Assembly (NCBI GenBank): GCA_951406725.2
Contig: OX597820.1
Location: 54,374,001-54,438,000, forward strand
Length of the DNA stretch: 64,000 nt
Reading direction: 5' to 3'
Source of the DNA: Octopus vulgaris
Taxonomy: Eukaryota
Shown: piece by piece, positions 42,830-54,389 of the stretch
How positions within the stretch are numbered: position 1 is the stretch's first letter
Layout: each line of letters starts with the position of its first letter
The notes under the pieces: model-generated
The model's input: only the letters and a program-made list of their open reading frames with translations
Told to the model about the DNA's origin: nothing
Database searches by the model: none
Position numbers and translations under genes: made by a program

Positions 42830-44092
42830 ATCTCTTTATCACAAGACTAGCAGTATCGCCCGGCGTTGCTCTGGTTTGTAAGGGAAATAACTATAAAGCA
42901 TTTTTAGAGAGTTATAGCCAAAAAAATAGCAAAAAAATGGGAAAAAAATGATGGTAAATTTTTTTTGAGAGTTAAAAAAGGTGGAGTTGCGTCCCCTAGA
43001 CGGTCTGTGGTTTGGGTTTCTGATTCTCGACCCCATGTCGAATTTATCGATTTTTTTCAGAACTGGGGGAACTTTTCAAAATTTTCGCTGCGTTAGTTTT
43101 GAATTATGACATTGGGCTATGTGTGTGTCAAGTTTCATCAGAATCGGTTGAAAGCCGTGGTCAGAGTGAGGGTACGAGAAAACAGACACACAGAAAACGC
43201 ACAGACAAACTGCCGTTTATATAGAGAGAGATATGTTGGAGCTCCTAGAGTCTTGCATGCGTAACAAGCTTACTATCTGCAGCCTACGGTACCATGCTAT
43301 TCCCTCTTTTCAGCTATCTAATACTTTCCTGGTTATTCTGGCCGTGCCAAGGAGCCACACCTTTTGTAACAGTTCTACTCGGCATTCTATTCCAATTTCT
43401 TTTATATTCCTCTTGTTGTTTCGGATACTATTGCCAAGGACCCAACAATAATTAGCAGTATCTTCACCTTCTTCATTTTCCATATCCGGGCTATTTCATA
43501 CTTAAAAGGGTTGTATCGGTCTATCTTTTCGCCTTACTTCTTGACTATTCGTGGGTCAAAGGGGCATGCAACATCAACTATGTAGCATATGTGGCGCACC
43601 TTGTCCACCACCACTAAGTCTGGTCTGTTATGCTCTAGCAGCTGATCTGTTTGGATTGGGAAATCCCAGAGGATTTTGCTAGTCTCCGACTCCGCTACTC
43701 TCTGTGGTTTGTGCTCATACTACGTCTTGCTTCTCTCTAGCCCCCACTTTTCGCAGTTTCCAATGGAGCACTTTCGCCACCTGGTCGTGTCGCCACAACT
43801 TGTAGTGGTTTTGGGCAAGTCTTGAGCATTCGTTCGTGATATAGACAATGGTTTCATCCACTCTATTGCAGATGCGGCACAGCGGAGACATTTGCTCATT
43901 CCTAAGCTGACCCTCCAGTTCGAAGTCTTGCGCTGCCAGTATAGTGCTCTCGGTCTTTTTTCTTAGGGTTCTTTCATCAGCTAATCCCACCCATTTTTCC
44001 CAGTAACTTTTGTTGTGGATACGTGGAATTCATTGTGTAGTCCCTTCTTGCTTAAAATCTTTTTCATGTTCTACCCCTTTTTTTCTCTGCTC
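42830..44092 (-). mobile_element. R4/Dong-type LINE 3' fragment whose 3' UTR is interrupted by a Helitron
   Basis: TESTILAAQD, CRICN...ITNEC, WRHDQVAKVLHWKL, LLGTARITRKVLDS*; bordered by TTA/ATC repeats. Confidence 0.82.
42847..43231 (-). mobile_element. Complete non-autonomous Helitron
   Basis: Minus strand reads A|TCTCTCTCTATATAAA ... GAGCAACGCCGGGCG ... CTAG|T: canonical TC/CTAG termini, A-T target, no TSD. Confidence 0.85.
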
Positions 44093-44172
44093 GATTATTA
44101 TTATTATTATTATTATTATTATTGTTGTTGTTGTTGTTCTTATTAAGGCGAGCTGGCATAAATCGTTAGCAC

Positions 44173-44224
<52 letters not shown>

Positions 44225-44225
<1 letters not shown>

Positions 44226-44672
44226 TCCTTTCATTATAACTTTATTTCAGTTACCGGCCATCCTCCGGAGGCCATGAATAGCAAGGGCATTTATTCCATT
44301 TTAGATGGAGAGTGCTTTCCGTAGTATATGAATCGTACCCATCAATATTATCTTTTATCGTTCACGGAGACTGGAGTTACCAGGGAATTGCCTAATATAC
44401 TTCTCAGCCACCTTCTTTATCATTCTCAACGCACCAATTACCACTGGTATTATCGTAGTACTAATCTTCCACATTTTTGTGATTTCAATTTGCAGATCTT
44501 TATAGTGAGAAAGCTTTTCGTATTCCTTTGTTGAGACATTTTGATCTTGTGGGACAGGCATATCTATTAACGGACAAGTTCCTCTACTGTAGTTCTTGAT
44601 CACAACGTCTGGTCGATTGGAGTCATTTTTTCTGTCTGTTTGTATTGGGAAGTTCCAAAGGATGGTGACGCC
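44225..44672 (-). mobile_element. R4/Dong-type LINE RLE fragment
   Basis: VTILWNFPIQTDR...RPDVVI...LIDMPVPQD...KEYEKLSHYKDL...IPVVIGAL. Confidence 0.8.
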
Positions 44673-46448
44673 CTGAATAAGGGTTGTTTAAGGATGTTGA
44701 ACGAAACACCCATGCTTCTAGATGCGAATTATTCAAACCCCAAGGAACCCATCTCAACGTATGGCTATGATGCTCCCCCACTACTTCTACTCGTGATCAG
44801 AGATGCATATATCATCAGCCACTAAGGGACATGCTTAACTGGTTAAGGTCAAACAACTGACAAGCAAATCTGTGGTATTGAGCAGAATATTTGCTGTAGC
44901 CCATCTTTTATACCAAGATAAAACAATGTACATGATAACACTTCCAATCAGTATTATTATCATTATTATTATCATCATCATCATCATTATTTTTATTTCC
45001 ATTTCACTTCTCGTAGCTCTCGATGTTACTTGTTTCTGTTAATTCTGTAAGAGTGCTCAGCAACATTGTTGCCAAAGGTCTCATAAGATCTCTTTCCACG
45101 ATTCTTAACACCCAAGTATCAATCTCAAAATCCTCCAAGACCCCAATAGGGCAGGTTATTTTTTTTAGCATTTTCTACCCTCATATCAATTTCAGACCTT
45201 GTGCCTATAGTAGAAAGTCCTATAGGCTTAACTTTAAACGTAGAATCAAATATATAATTGTACCTATTTGTATTGACAGAATGAACTGTTGACTCAGAAA
45301 TCAAATATTTTTTTTGTTAGTAAATGGGTATTCGGCAGTCAATACGGTAGCATTCTTTTCGATCCAGTCGTGATTATTTGTATACGTGTGAATGTGTGAC
45401 TATAACACAATCCAGTACATATGAGCAGAACTCTTGTATGGATCGTAGTTTAGCTTTATACAGATCAACAACTAATCAGGTTTGAAGTATATCTTTAAAT
45501 GAAATCTATTGCTTTTGATGTTGTTTTGACGATGTTAAGATACCGTGAAAGATCATAAATAATTGTAAGAGCTAACTTTTGTAGTGACTTTGAGTTTTAA
45601 CTGTGGTAATTTTTTACATGACATAAGATGACGAAGTTCGCTACTGTTTATGTTATGTATAATTAATTATTATGCATTTGCAATGAAGTACATGCCTTTA
45701 TTGTATGTGCATCCCGGTTATAGAACAGGTTTGTCGCGTTCCTGCGTGTTGCAAGAAGCAACTAAGAGAATTAGCGGCAAGAAAAGTATCCAGACGGCCG
45801 CAAAATGATACCCCAGGAAAACCGTGTGATCCATACAGGTATGGAAAAGGCCGACGTAAGACGCTGTTGTTAGAGGGTGATGAAGAGGAGGAGGAGGGGG
45901 AGGAGGAGGAAGAGGAAGAGGAGGAGGAAGTCGGTGACAATGAAGACCCTGATGATGATGCTGACAAGACAACGACGACGATGATGACGAAGGCAACGGC
46001 AATGATGATGAAGATGATGATGATGACGACGATGAAGATGATTGTGACGACGAAAGTGGCGACCATAATGACGAGAAGGAGGCGGAGGATGGTGTTTATG
46101 CTGCTGCTGCTGCTGCTGCTGCTATTGCTGCTACTGCTGCTGCTGGTATTAATATCAAAATAAAAAGCAAATAATCAACATCCAAATAGTGCACGCTAAT
46201 AACAAACTAAAATTACGAACTTAAACAGCAAAAGAAATTCAAATCCAGTGATACTGATAACATCCTTCACAGAGAGACAACTTAGCTCACATTCCTGAGC
46301 AAGGAAGGCCACCCGACTAATTGAAACGAGGTGTGCTGGCTGGCTTGCAGTTCTCATGTTACCTCCATTTAGACATTCCCGACTCATCCGTCCTCTCTCT
46401 ACCACTCCCTTATTGTATTACATTGCCAGGTTCTGTACTAACCGCTCT

Positions 46449-46507
<59 letters not shown>

Positions 46508-46556
46508 TGTGTACAGTGCTCAGGTGCACTACAACTCATCTAAAGTGTATATATAA

Positions 46557-49322
46557 TCAGGTGTAGTTTCGGCGGATTTCGGAAAGCATGAGGGCCTTAA
46601 AAGATGCAGTGTCATGGCAGTCAACAACTGACGCAGGCAGTTTATTCCATGCTTCAGCAACTCTGAGCGTGAAAAAATGTTTCCGAAAGTCATGGGAGCT
46701 GTATTGTTTTCTGACTTTGTAGGCATGTCCACGTGTGTTAGACACATGGAGATCAAAAAGGTGTTCAGTGTTGTTGTTGGTGAGGTGGTTGATAACTTTG
46801 TGGGTGTTTACCAAGTCCGTCGCCAAACGCCGGAGCTTCAGTGAATCCATGCCCAGGGAAACAAGGCGCTCAGAATATGGTAGGTGTCTGATGGAGGGTA
46901 TGCGTTTGGTTGCACGTCTCTGGACAGATTCCAGGAGGTCAATGTTCTGTGCAAGATAAGGGTTCCAAACTGATGATGCGAATTCCAAGTGTGGTCGTAC
47001 CATAGCTATATACAGTTTTAAATAGATGGCTGGAGAGCGGCTAACAAAAGACCTGCTGAGTGATGCCAAGACACCCTCGGCCTTCCTGACAATCTTAGAG
47101 ATATGCTTTGACCAACGCAAATCACTGCTGACAGTGATGCCTAGGTCACGCTCGCAAGAGGATTTCTTGATATCAGTGTTGTGGAGGGAGTATGTGAACG
47201 CAGGGTTTTTTCTCCCAAAATGCATGGTGGTACACTTGTCCACAGCCAGTTTCAGTTGCCAGTCTGTGATCCATTGCTGCATTGTGTCTAGGTCTGATTG
47301 CAGGAAAGAGTTGTAGACATCAGGATCTGTCCTCTTGATTTCAAGGTACAGCTTGATGTCGTCTGCATATTTCAATACTGTGGCATTCTTTAAATTGGCA
47401 TCTATGTCGTTAATGTATGCCACAAACAAGAGGGGACCAAGGACAGATCCCTGTGGTACACCCGATGACATCTCATATGGTGTAGAGTGCTGTCCTAGAA
47501 CTGTGACTACCTCCTTTCGGCTGAGGATGAAGGATTTCAACCAGTTAAAAAGGTCATCCCCCACACCCATTGCAGAGAGTTTCACCATAAGCCTTTTGTG
47601 TGGCACAGAGTTGAAAGCCTTAGCAAAGTCAAGGTAGACAACATCCACCCATGAGCCACTGTCAGTAATCTGAGTAATGTCCTCAAGGAACTCGACAAGC
47701 TGGTCACTGCAGCTGGAGTTAGGGACAAATCCATATTGTGAGGGTCGGATGAGACTGTGAGAGCTCCAGAAGTTCCAGAGTGTTTCTCTGACACACGATT
47801 CCATCAGTTTTGCAATACAGCTAGTGAGACTGACTGGGCGATAGTTGACAGGTGATGTGCGGTCGCCCTTTTTGAACAGAGGAATGACACTGGCAGTTTT
47901 CCACTGCTCCGGAGTAGCACCATTGTTGAGACAGTACTGGAAGAAAATAGAAAGCTGGTGTAAAAGGAAGTGCCTGCCACGTTTGAGAAGCAGGTATGTA
48001 ACTCCATCGAGACCAGGGGAGGCATAGTTGCGCTTATTTTGAAGGTGACGTCGCAGCATTGCAGGTGTAAATTCCATAGTTGTTATGGAGTTTGCTGTTA
48101 GTGATGGTGAAGATGGTACATTTTGACTTTCAACAGTGAATATGTTTGCATAGCACTCGGCAATGAGTTCTGCGCATTCCTTGGGGTCGTCAGTGATCTG
48201 GTTTGTGTGAGGGTTGCGAAGAGGGCCCACTGGAGAGTGAGGTCTCTGCTTTGAGTGCACATATTTCCAGAAAACCTTGCTGTCAGGATTGGCTGCTATG
48301 CACTGTTCAAATTCAAGCACTGCTTTTTTTGTCACTTGCTTGAGATGGTTGGAGGATTTATTCCGCTTCTTCCTGTTGGTGTCTGATTTATGCAACCTGT
48401 ATTCCCGTTCAGCAGTCCGACGTTCCCTCCTGGCAAGTCGGACCGCTGAAGTTTCCCAAATTGCCCTTTTGGGGCGGTTCTTCTTTTTTTGTTTACGTGG
48501 CACTGATGCTGCACATGCTGCCCATATTGAGTCCAGGATACTCTGGAGTATAGTATTCACATCTCCAGAGTTGTAGAATTCACGCCAGTTTGGGTGCTGT
48601 AGTTCAGTGTGGTACAGGTTCCAATCTGCTCTCTTCCAATCGAAGGAAGCAGATTGGAGATGGTTCAGGTTTTTGTTGCCCGCAAGAGCCAGATTGGCGA
48701 TGATCATAGCATGATCAGAGTCACCTAGAGGTTCCTCCGTAGTGCAATTGATAACCGCTTCAGGAGTTGTGGTGAAGAGCAGGTCCAAGGTGTTGTCGCC
48801 TCTTGTTGGAGAGGTGACTACTTGTGACCAGTTTGAGTCCAGCACAAGCTCAACAAAATCGTTTGCACTCTGTGGCCAATGGAAGGTCTCCCAATCGATC
48901 TCAGGATGATTGAAATCGCCTGCAATAAACACATAAGTGGCTGTTTTCCTGGCAGCAGCTCGGAGGACATTGCAAAGCTGTGTGTCCCGATGGTAACTTG
49001 GGGGACGATAAACAACGCCAAGCAGGAGTGTTGACATGGTCATACGCACGTCACAGAAAAAAACTTCTTCTTGTGATTCGTTCAAATCGGCACAAGGAAT
49101 TACCAAAAAATTTGAACGAACGTAGACCATCACACCACCACCACGGCGGTTAGTGCGGTCCTTACGGAAGAGGTTGTATCCCGTAATGTTGAAAACCCCA
49201 TCACAGAGTAAGGAATGCGCCCATGTTTCCGTGACAGTGATGAAGTCAGGGTCAACACTTCTGACGTAGGCGTTGAACAAATGTATTTTGTTGCATAAAC
49301 TGCGAGCATTTAAGGACAACAA
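46557..49322 (-). CDS. LINE ORF2: APE endonuclease + reverse transcriptase
   Basis: APE motifs SLNARS, TETW, GDFNHP, DLLF, SDH; RT motifs YRPVSL, YLDFAKAF, GVPQGSVLGPLLF, YADD; CR1-like C-terminus TRGH...FFTLRVAEAWNKLP. 921 aa with no stops; the annotated start is TTG, not ATG. Confidence 0.95.
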   Translation of the reverse strand: MLSLNARSLCNKIHLFNAYVRSVDPDFITVTETWAHSLLCDGVFNITGYNLFRKDRTNRRGGGVMVYVRSNFLVIPCADLNESQEEVFFCDVRMTMSTLLLGVVYRPPSYHRDTQLCNVLRAAARKTATYVFIAGDFNHPEIDWETFHWPQSANDFVELVLDSNWSQVVTSPTRGDNTLDLLFTTTPEAVINCTTEEPLGDSDHAMIIANLALAGNKNLNHLQSASFDWKRADWNLYHTELQHPNWREFYNSGDVNTILQSILDSIWAACAASVPRKQKKKNRPKRAIWETSAVRLARRERRTAEREYRLHKSDTNRKKRNKSSNHLKQVTKKAVLEFEQCIAANPDSKVFWKYVHSKQRPHSPVGPLRNPHTNQITDDPKECAELIAECYANIFTVESQNVPSSPSLTANSITTMEFTPAMLRRHLQNKRNYASPGLDGVTYLLLKRGRHFLLHQLSIFFQYCLNNGATPEQWKTASVIPLFKKGDRTSPVNYRPVSLTSCIAKLMESCVRETLWNFWSSHSLIRPSQYGFVPNSSCSDQLVEFLEDITQITDSGSWVDVVYLDFAKAFNSVPHKRLMVKLSAMGVGDDLFNWLKSFILSRKEVVTVLGQHSTPYEMSSGVPQGSVLGPLLFVAYINDIDANLKNATVLKYADDIKLYLEIKRTDPDVYNSFLQSDLDTMQQWITDWQLKLAVDKCTTMHFGRKNPAFTYSLHNTDIKKSSCERDLGITVSSDLRWSKHISKIVRKAEGVLASLSRSFVSRSPAIYLKLYIAMVRPHLEFASSVWNPYLAQNIDLLESVQRRATKRIPSIRHLPYSERLVSLGMDSLKLRRLATDLVNTHKVINHLTNNNTEHLFDLHVSNTRGHAYKVRKQYSSHDFRKHFFTLRVAEAWNKLPASVVDCHDTASFKALMLSEIRRNYT

Positions 49323-49378
49323 TTTGTACCCTGCTCGCAGTTTATGATGGTGTGTAGAGGATGGCAGGTTGTTCTGGC

Positions 49379-50169
49379 TTAGTTTCCCTGAGTTGCTGTA
49401 GTCTTTTTAGTTATTGTGGGTAGAGAGCACTCAGACCAGCTGGTATCTCTCTTCCACGTTTCAGCAGTCTTGACAAATCTCCAGATTTGTCCATCTTCCC
49501 GAAGACTGAAGCTTTCCTGTAGAGCTGAGTTCCTATTCAGGGAAGCCACTACACGTAGCTTCGGACGTACATCGGACGGTAAGCCTGGGCGTGTTCGGAA
49601 GGTGGTCCGATTTTCCCGCCCAGCTTTAACTGAGGCCAGATGGTAAGAGGTTGCCTCAGTGGGGTCCGTAAAAGACAACTTGATGAGCCTAGGTTTTGGG
49701 CCAGGTCGTCCAAGGCGGATAGCACCCGTTGGGGGAACGCAGCCTAGGTCTTTGGCTGAGTTGGCAGCAAAAGCCTGAAGATCAGCCATGTCTTCTGGCA
49801 CCCCAATGGCAATGACTTCATGGGTGGCAGAATCCGCGGTCTTAAATGCGACAAGAGGTACAGGTACAGGGAGGTTCTTTAGCAGAGCATTCCGATAAGA
49901 CCCCTCATTGTGGAGTCCAACCTGAATGATTGCTTTTATTCCTGCTACTTCCCCTTTTAAAGCACAGATCGATTGTTGCAGTTCTGCAAGAACCGCACTG
50001 GTCAATTGGTGTTGTTGTTGTTGCTGCTGTTGCTCTGGTTGTGGTTGATTTTGTTGTTGCTGTTGTTGTTGTTGATGTTGTTGTTGCTGCTGCTCTGGTT
50101 GTGGTTGATTTTGTTGTTGCTGCTGCTCTGGTTGTGGTTGATTTTGTTGTTGCTGCTGCTGCTGCTCTA

Positions 50170-50202
<33 letters not shown>

Positions 50203-50596
50203 CTGGTTGTGGTTGATTTTGTTGTTGCTGCTGTTGCTGTTCCGCCTCCTCCACGGGAGTGGCAGGGGGAGACACAATCGTCGGTTGTGGAGGCACGCAG
50301 GCCTGACACTGAAAAGTCCAAGATTTAAGCTGAACCATCTTCCAGAGTCTATCCATCATAGCATTATGATGGCTCTTTTTTTGGCCTGGGATCTTCTGAA
50401 AGTCCGTGGCACATTGGAGGCAGACAGAGATGAGACATGTCCCACATTCGACCCAGCGATTACGGAACGTATTTTCGGGTTCCGTACAGATGTGGAAGGT
50501 GTGATTTTCTGGGCAGTGTTCTATTTTAGAGCAGCGACCAGTCTTATCGCACGCCGCTATGGATTTCACCATGGCGATTCTGTTGGTTCTGGTCAT
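49379..50596 (-). CDS. LINE ORF1: PHD-like Cys-rich finger, polyQ tract, coiled coil, RRM-like region
   Basis: HIC...WVECGTCLISVCLQC...WTFQCQAC; repeated QQQNQPQPE units; LAELQQSICALKGEV heptads; IAIGVPE...IRLGRPGPKPRLIKLSF typical of CR1/L2/Jockey ORF1; directly upstream of ORF2. Confidence 0.85.
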
Positions 50597-51532
50597 CCGT
50601 AGAGACAGAAAATGTAAACAACAATACGATAAAAGTAAAATATAAAATATTTGTTTTTGATTCGTTCTTTTTTGTGTATATTCCTTGTTCTTAAATATTG
50701 TGTGTGTATATACACATGTTTCGTTCTTTTTTGTGTATATTCCTTTTTTTCTTAAATATTGCGTGTGTATACATAAAAGTATTTGTGCGTATAGACACGG
50801 AGAAAGTTTGTAAACAGAAATGAAATTTTTGATTTTTTTGCAGTGTAGTCCGTCACATTAAATAGTGTGATTTATTTTCACTCTGCACGTATATACATGT
50901 GTGCTACAAGTATCTATGTATGTATGTATGTCACTGCTTTATAAATTTTGGACGTACTTACTGTCGTTCAACGATTTCTTTACCCTCAACTACACGTGGT
51001 GAATTCTTCCATTGTAGATCTGTGGTGGTCATCGTCGTAATATTTTCTCTTTAGTTTCCTCGCCAAATTGATTATACCCTAATCAAACCATTTGTTTGTC
51101 TACTTGTGAATGTGTCTTTGTTTTAGTAACATTGTATTTTCCTCCTTTTCCTTTTTCATTCCCATATTATATGGAACTTCGGTGGACAGCTACTCTAAGA
51201 CTCCAGCTGCCAGGTCGCCATGTTGATTTATATGACCAAACCTTTTTTTGTTTTTTTAACTCCAGGATACCCGTCATTGATCAGAGCTCGAACAAGTATG
51301 CTGGCGTACAATTTCCTTGTCGGATGGCATGTCTAGAGAACACGATGGAGGTTGTTTATGTGAAGGATATTGTCATTATTGTCAGATTTGAACAGCTTAC
51401 AGGGAGCGGGGCACAAGGCTGAGTGGTTAAGAAGCTAGCTTTGCAACCATATTACTTCGGGTTCAAACCCGGACAGATCAATGCCTTGAGACTGAATTTG
51501 GCTAATGGAATCTATGTGAAAGCTCGTCGTGA

Positions 51533-51579
<47 letters not shown>

Positions 51580-51585
<6 letters not shown>

Positions 51586-51696
51586 AAGGAGCTTCTACAG
51601 GACTAGAACTGTTTCATTCAAAAGAAATCATCAGGAGCTTCCTGATGATTTCTTTTGAATGAAACAGTTCTAGTCCTGTAGAAGCTTCTTCTATAA
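51580..51696. repeat. Near-perfect palindrome: 57-bp arms, 3-nt loop
   Basis: One mismatch seen between arms; centre TCAGGA-GCT-TCCTGA. Confidence 0.9.
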
Positions 51697-51772
51697 AATA
51701 AATTAATTTACTCTGCTATGTATTGAGTACCTTATTTACTGTGGTTAACCCCGACTCAAGCCGGGACCTACA

Positions 51773-51803
<31 letters not shown>

Positions 51804-51833
51804 AGATATAGATATAGATATATAGATATATAA

Positions 51834-52383
51834 ATCGAGATGGCGACTGCACTCCAGAAATAAGACAGCGGATAGTACTAGGCAGAGAGGCAATGGTCAG
51901 CATGAGCAGGGTCTGGAAGAGTAGAGACATCGCTACCAAATACAGATTGGTGAATGCAATCGTCTTCCCTATAGCAACATATGGATGCGAGACCTGGACA
52001 CTAAAGAAAGCTGACCAGAAGAGAATTAATGCATTCGAGCTTTGGTATTGGAGAAGACTTTTGCGGATTCCATGGACAGCGAGGCTCACCAATGGAGAAG
52101 TTCTTAAGCAGATATGGCCGAAAATGTCGCTAGAAGCTAGGAACACCAAGCATAGATTGGCATATTTTGGTCATATTATGCGGAGAAAATCCCTGGAGAA
52201 GGACATCATGCTCGGAATGGTCAGTGGCAAGAGAGGAAGAGGCCGACCAAGAACCCGCTGGCTTGACACCATCAAGAGGGATACCGGAATGGACATAGCC
52301 AATCTGGAAGAAGCGGCCCAGGATAGAACTGACTGGAGGACACTGATCCAATGAGTGACCGAGAGTTGACTTCGACTGAGCGG

Positions 52384-52385
<2 letters not shown>
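51834..52385 (+). mobile_element. RTE/BovB-like LINE 3' fragment
   Basis: ORF 51893-52354 (YGCETWT, RLLRIPWTAR, YFGHIMR, GKRGRGRPRTRWLD); BovB-like end GAGTTGACTTCGACTGAGCG; lies in a TA tract. Confidence 0.85.
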
Positions 52386-52454
<69 letters not shown>

Positions 52455-52488
52455 GTTTGGAGATGTACAGGTATTTTATATTAGAAGA

Positions 52489-52526
<38 letters not shown>

Positions 52527-52623
52527 ATTTATATCCCGCCAGCTGATTATAGGTGCAGCACTGCACCCTGAGCATATATATTGCTAGCAGAGGAGCGAAC
52601 CCCTATCATCCTCCAGCAGACGA

Positions 52624-52684
52624 CAGGAACGCGAGACCGATTCGGTTTCGAGCTACTTTGCTCATCCTCAGTCGCGAACACCTG
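52624..52684 (-). ncRNA. Type I hammerhead ribozyme (canonical)
   Basis: CGCGA-CUGAGGA-U-GAGC(AAAGUA)GCUC-GAAA-CCG(AAU)CGG-UC-UCGCG; all three stems pair; GUC cleavage site; distal CAGG/CCUG extension of stem I. Confidence 0.85.
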
Positions 52685-52810
52685 GTGGCCAGAGAGATGG
52701 CCAGTGTCCGCTCCAGCAAGCAATGTATAGTTAAACAAAGCGATCATGAGTTACCGATTTGCAACAGGCAAAGTAGCTGGTTGCAAAATCTCAATAAGAG
52801 ATGAGAGTAG

Positions 52811-52901
<91 letters not shown>

Positions 52902-53343
52902 TTATTAATCGAAGTGTACGATATTATATATCCGATCGGTTTCGCTTCTTCTTCTTCTTAAAATTGCTGGCCATGTGCCAAAATCAAAAGGAATTATTGA
53001 TATAGCTTCCATGATTACTAATCTTCTAAGATAAGTGAGGTGCGCTAAAACACTTTACTAGGTAGTTGTATTATCAACTAATTTTTGTGTTTTCCTGTTT
53101 TCATTGAAACTATAAAGACTGGAATACTCAGACAATTTTAGATTTTATTATGAGATTATGCATGTACACACACACACACACAATTGATATGTGTATATGC
53201 GGGTGTACATATACATATATATTTATATATATTATCAGCATTAAACCCCATTTGTAGTGCCCATATTATGTAATTCTAATCATTGCTTTCTCTTTGTTCT
53301 CTCTCTCCCTCACACTCTTATTCTCTCTCCCCCTCTTTCTCTC

Positions 53344-53381
<38 letters not shown>

Positions 53382-53895
53382 TTCTGTGTGCAAGCCTAAA
53401 GTGAAACAGATGGCGAGTGATACATTCTGGTTTTTTTTTGGAGTCCACACTGTCAAGCTTATACTTGTTTAATGCAACAAAAAACTTCCCAAACAACCAA
53501 GGTATGCGACATGATATCACTATTAACGTGTGTGTGTTTGTGTGTGTGTATGTGTGTGTGTGTGTGTGTGTGTGCTTTACCAATCGATATGAATCCACCA
53601 ATGAGGATCTGAACAGTTCAATCACATCCAAAAAATCCTTTCACTACACTTACCATGTATCGAGTTCTCGTCATCTTACAGGCAGTAATACCGAGTGTAA
53701 GTCGCCCACTTTATATATGTGTATAAGTGTAGATACAATCTGTCTAATGTTATTTTTAAATATTTCGGTAACCACAAGAAAGAAATCCGGACATTTTTGG
53801 TTTTATTATAACCTCACCACAATTTGAAGTGTTGTTTCTCATGGACTGTGGCCATGATGGGACACCACCTTGAAGGGTGTTTGTGTGTGTGTGTA

Positions 53896-54017
<122 letters not shown>

Positions 54018-54020
54018 GTG

Positions 54021-54300
54021 TGGAGGCGCAATGGCCCAGTGGTTAGGGCAGCGGACTCGCGGTCGTAGGATCGCGGTTTCGATTCCCAGACCGGGCGTTG
54101 TGAGTGTTGTGAGCTCCACGAGGCTCCAGCAAGGGGTGGTGATCCCTGCTGTACTCTTTCACCACTCTTTCTCCCACTCTTTCTTCTGTTGGCCTGCTCG
54201 CTTAGCCAGCAGGGTGGCGTCATTCGAAGGCTAAAACAATGCGAACGCATTGTGACCAGCGATGTGTAACTACATCTGATGGACTGGTCGGTCACGTAAT
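54021..54300 (+). mobile_element. tRNA(Arg)-like SINE with the same head as 58183 and a different 3' part
   Basis: Head GGAGGCGCAATGGCCCAGTGGTTAGGG...CCGGGCGTTGTGAGTGTT matches. Confidence 0.85.
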
Positions 54301-54340
54301 CACGTGATATTATATGTGTGTGTATGTTTGTGTCTGTCTG

Positions 54341-54389
<49 letters not shown>

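Larger units (their letters stand above)
46450..50825 (-). mobile_element. Full-length, apparently intact non-LTR retrotransposon (CR1/L2 group): 5' UTR, ORF1, ORF2, short 3' UTR, (TTA)n tail
   Basis: Two uninterrupted ORFs; ~50-nt 3' UTR running into a (TAA)n tract at 46450-46506; 5' UTR contains a ~57-nt direct repeat at ~50661-50770. The 5' boundary is approximate and no TSD was found. Confidence 0.92.

Noticed and set aside
45705-46163. 152-aa ORF with acidic and hydrophobic tracts
   Set aside because: It is built from GAG/GAT/CTG repeats plus a decayed repeat; there is no splice or homology support.
49905-50602. Alternative-frame and antisense ORFs over LINE ORF1
   Set aside because: They are shadows of the CAA/CAG repeat region.
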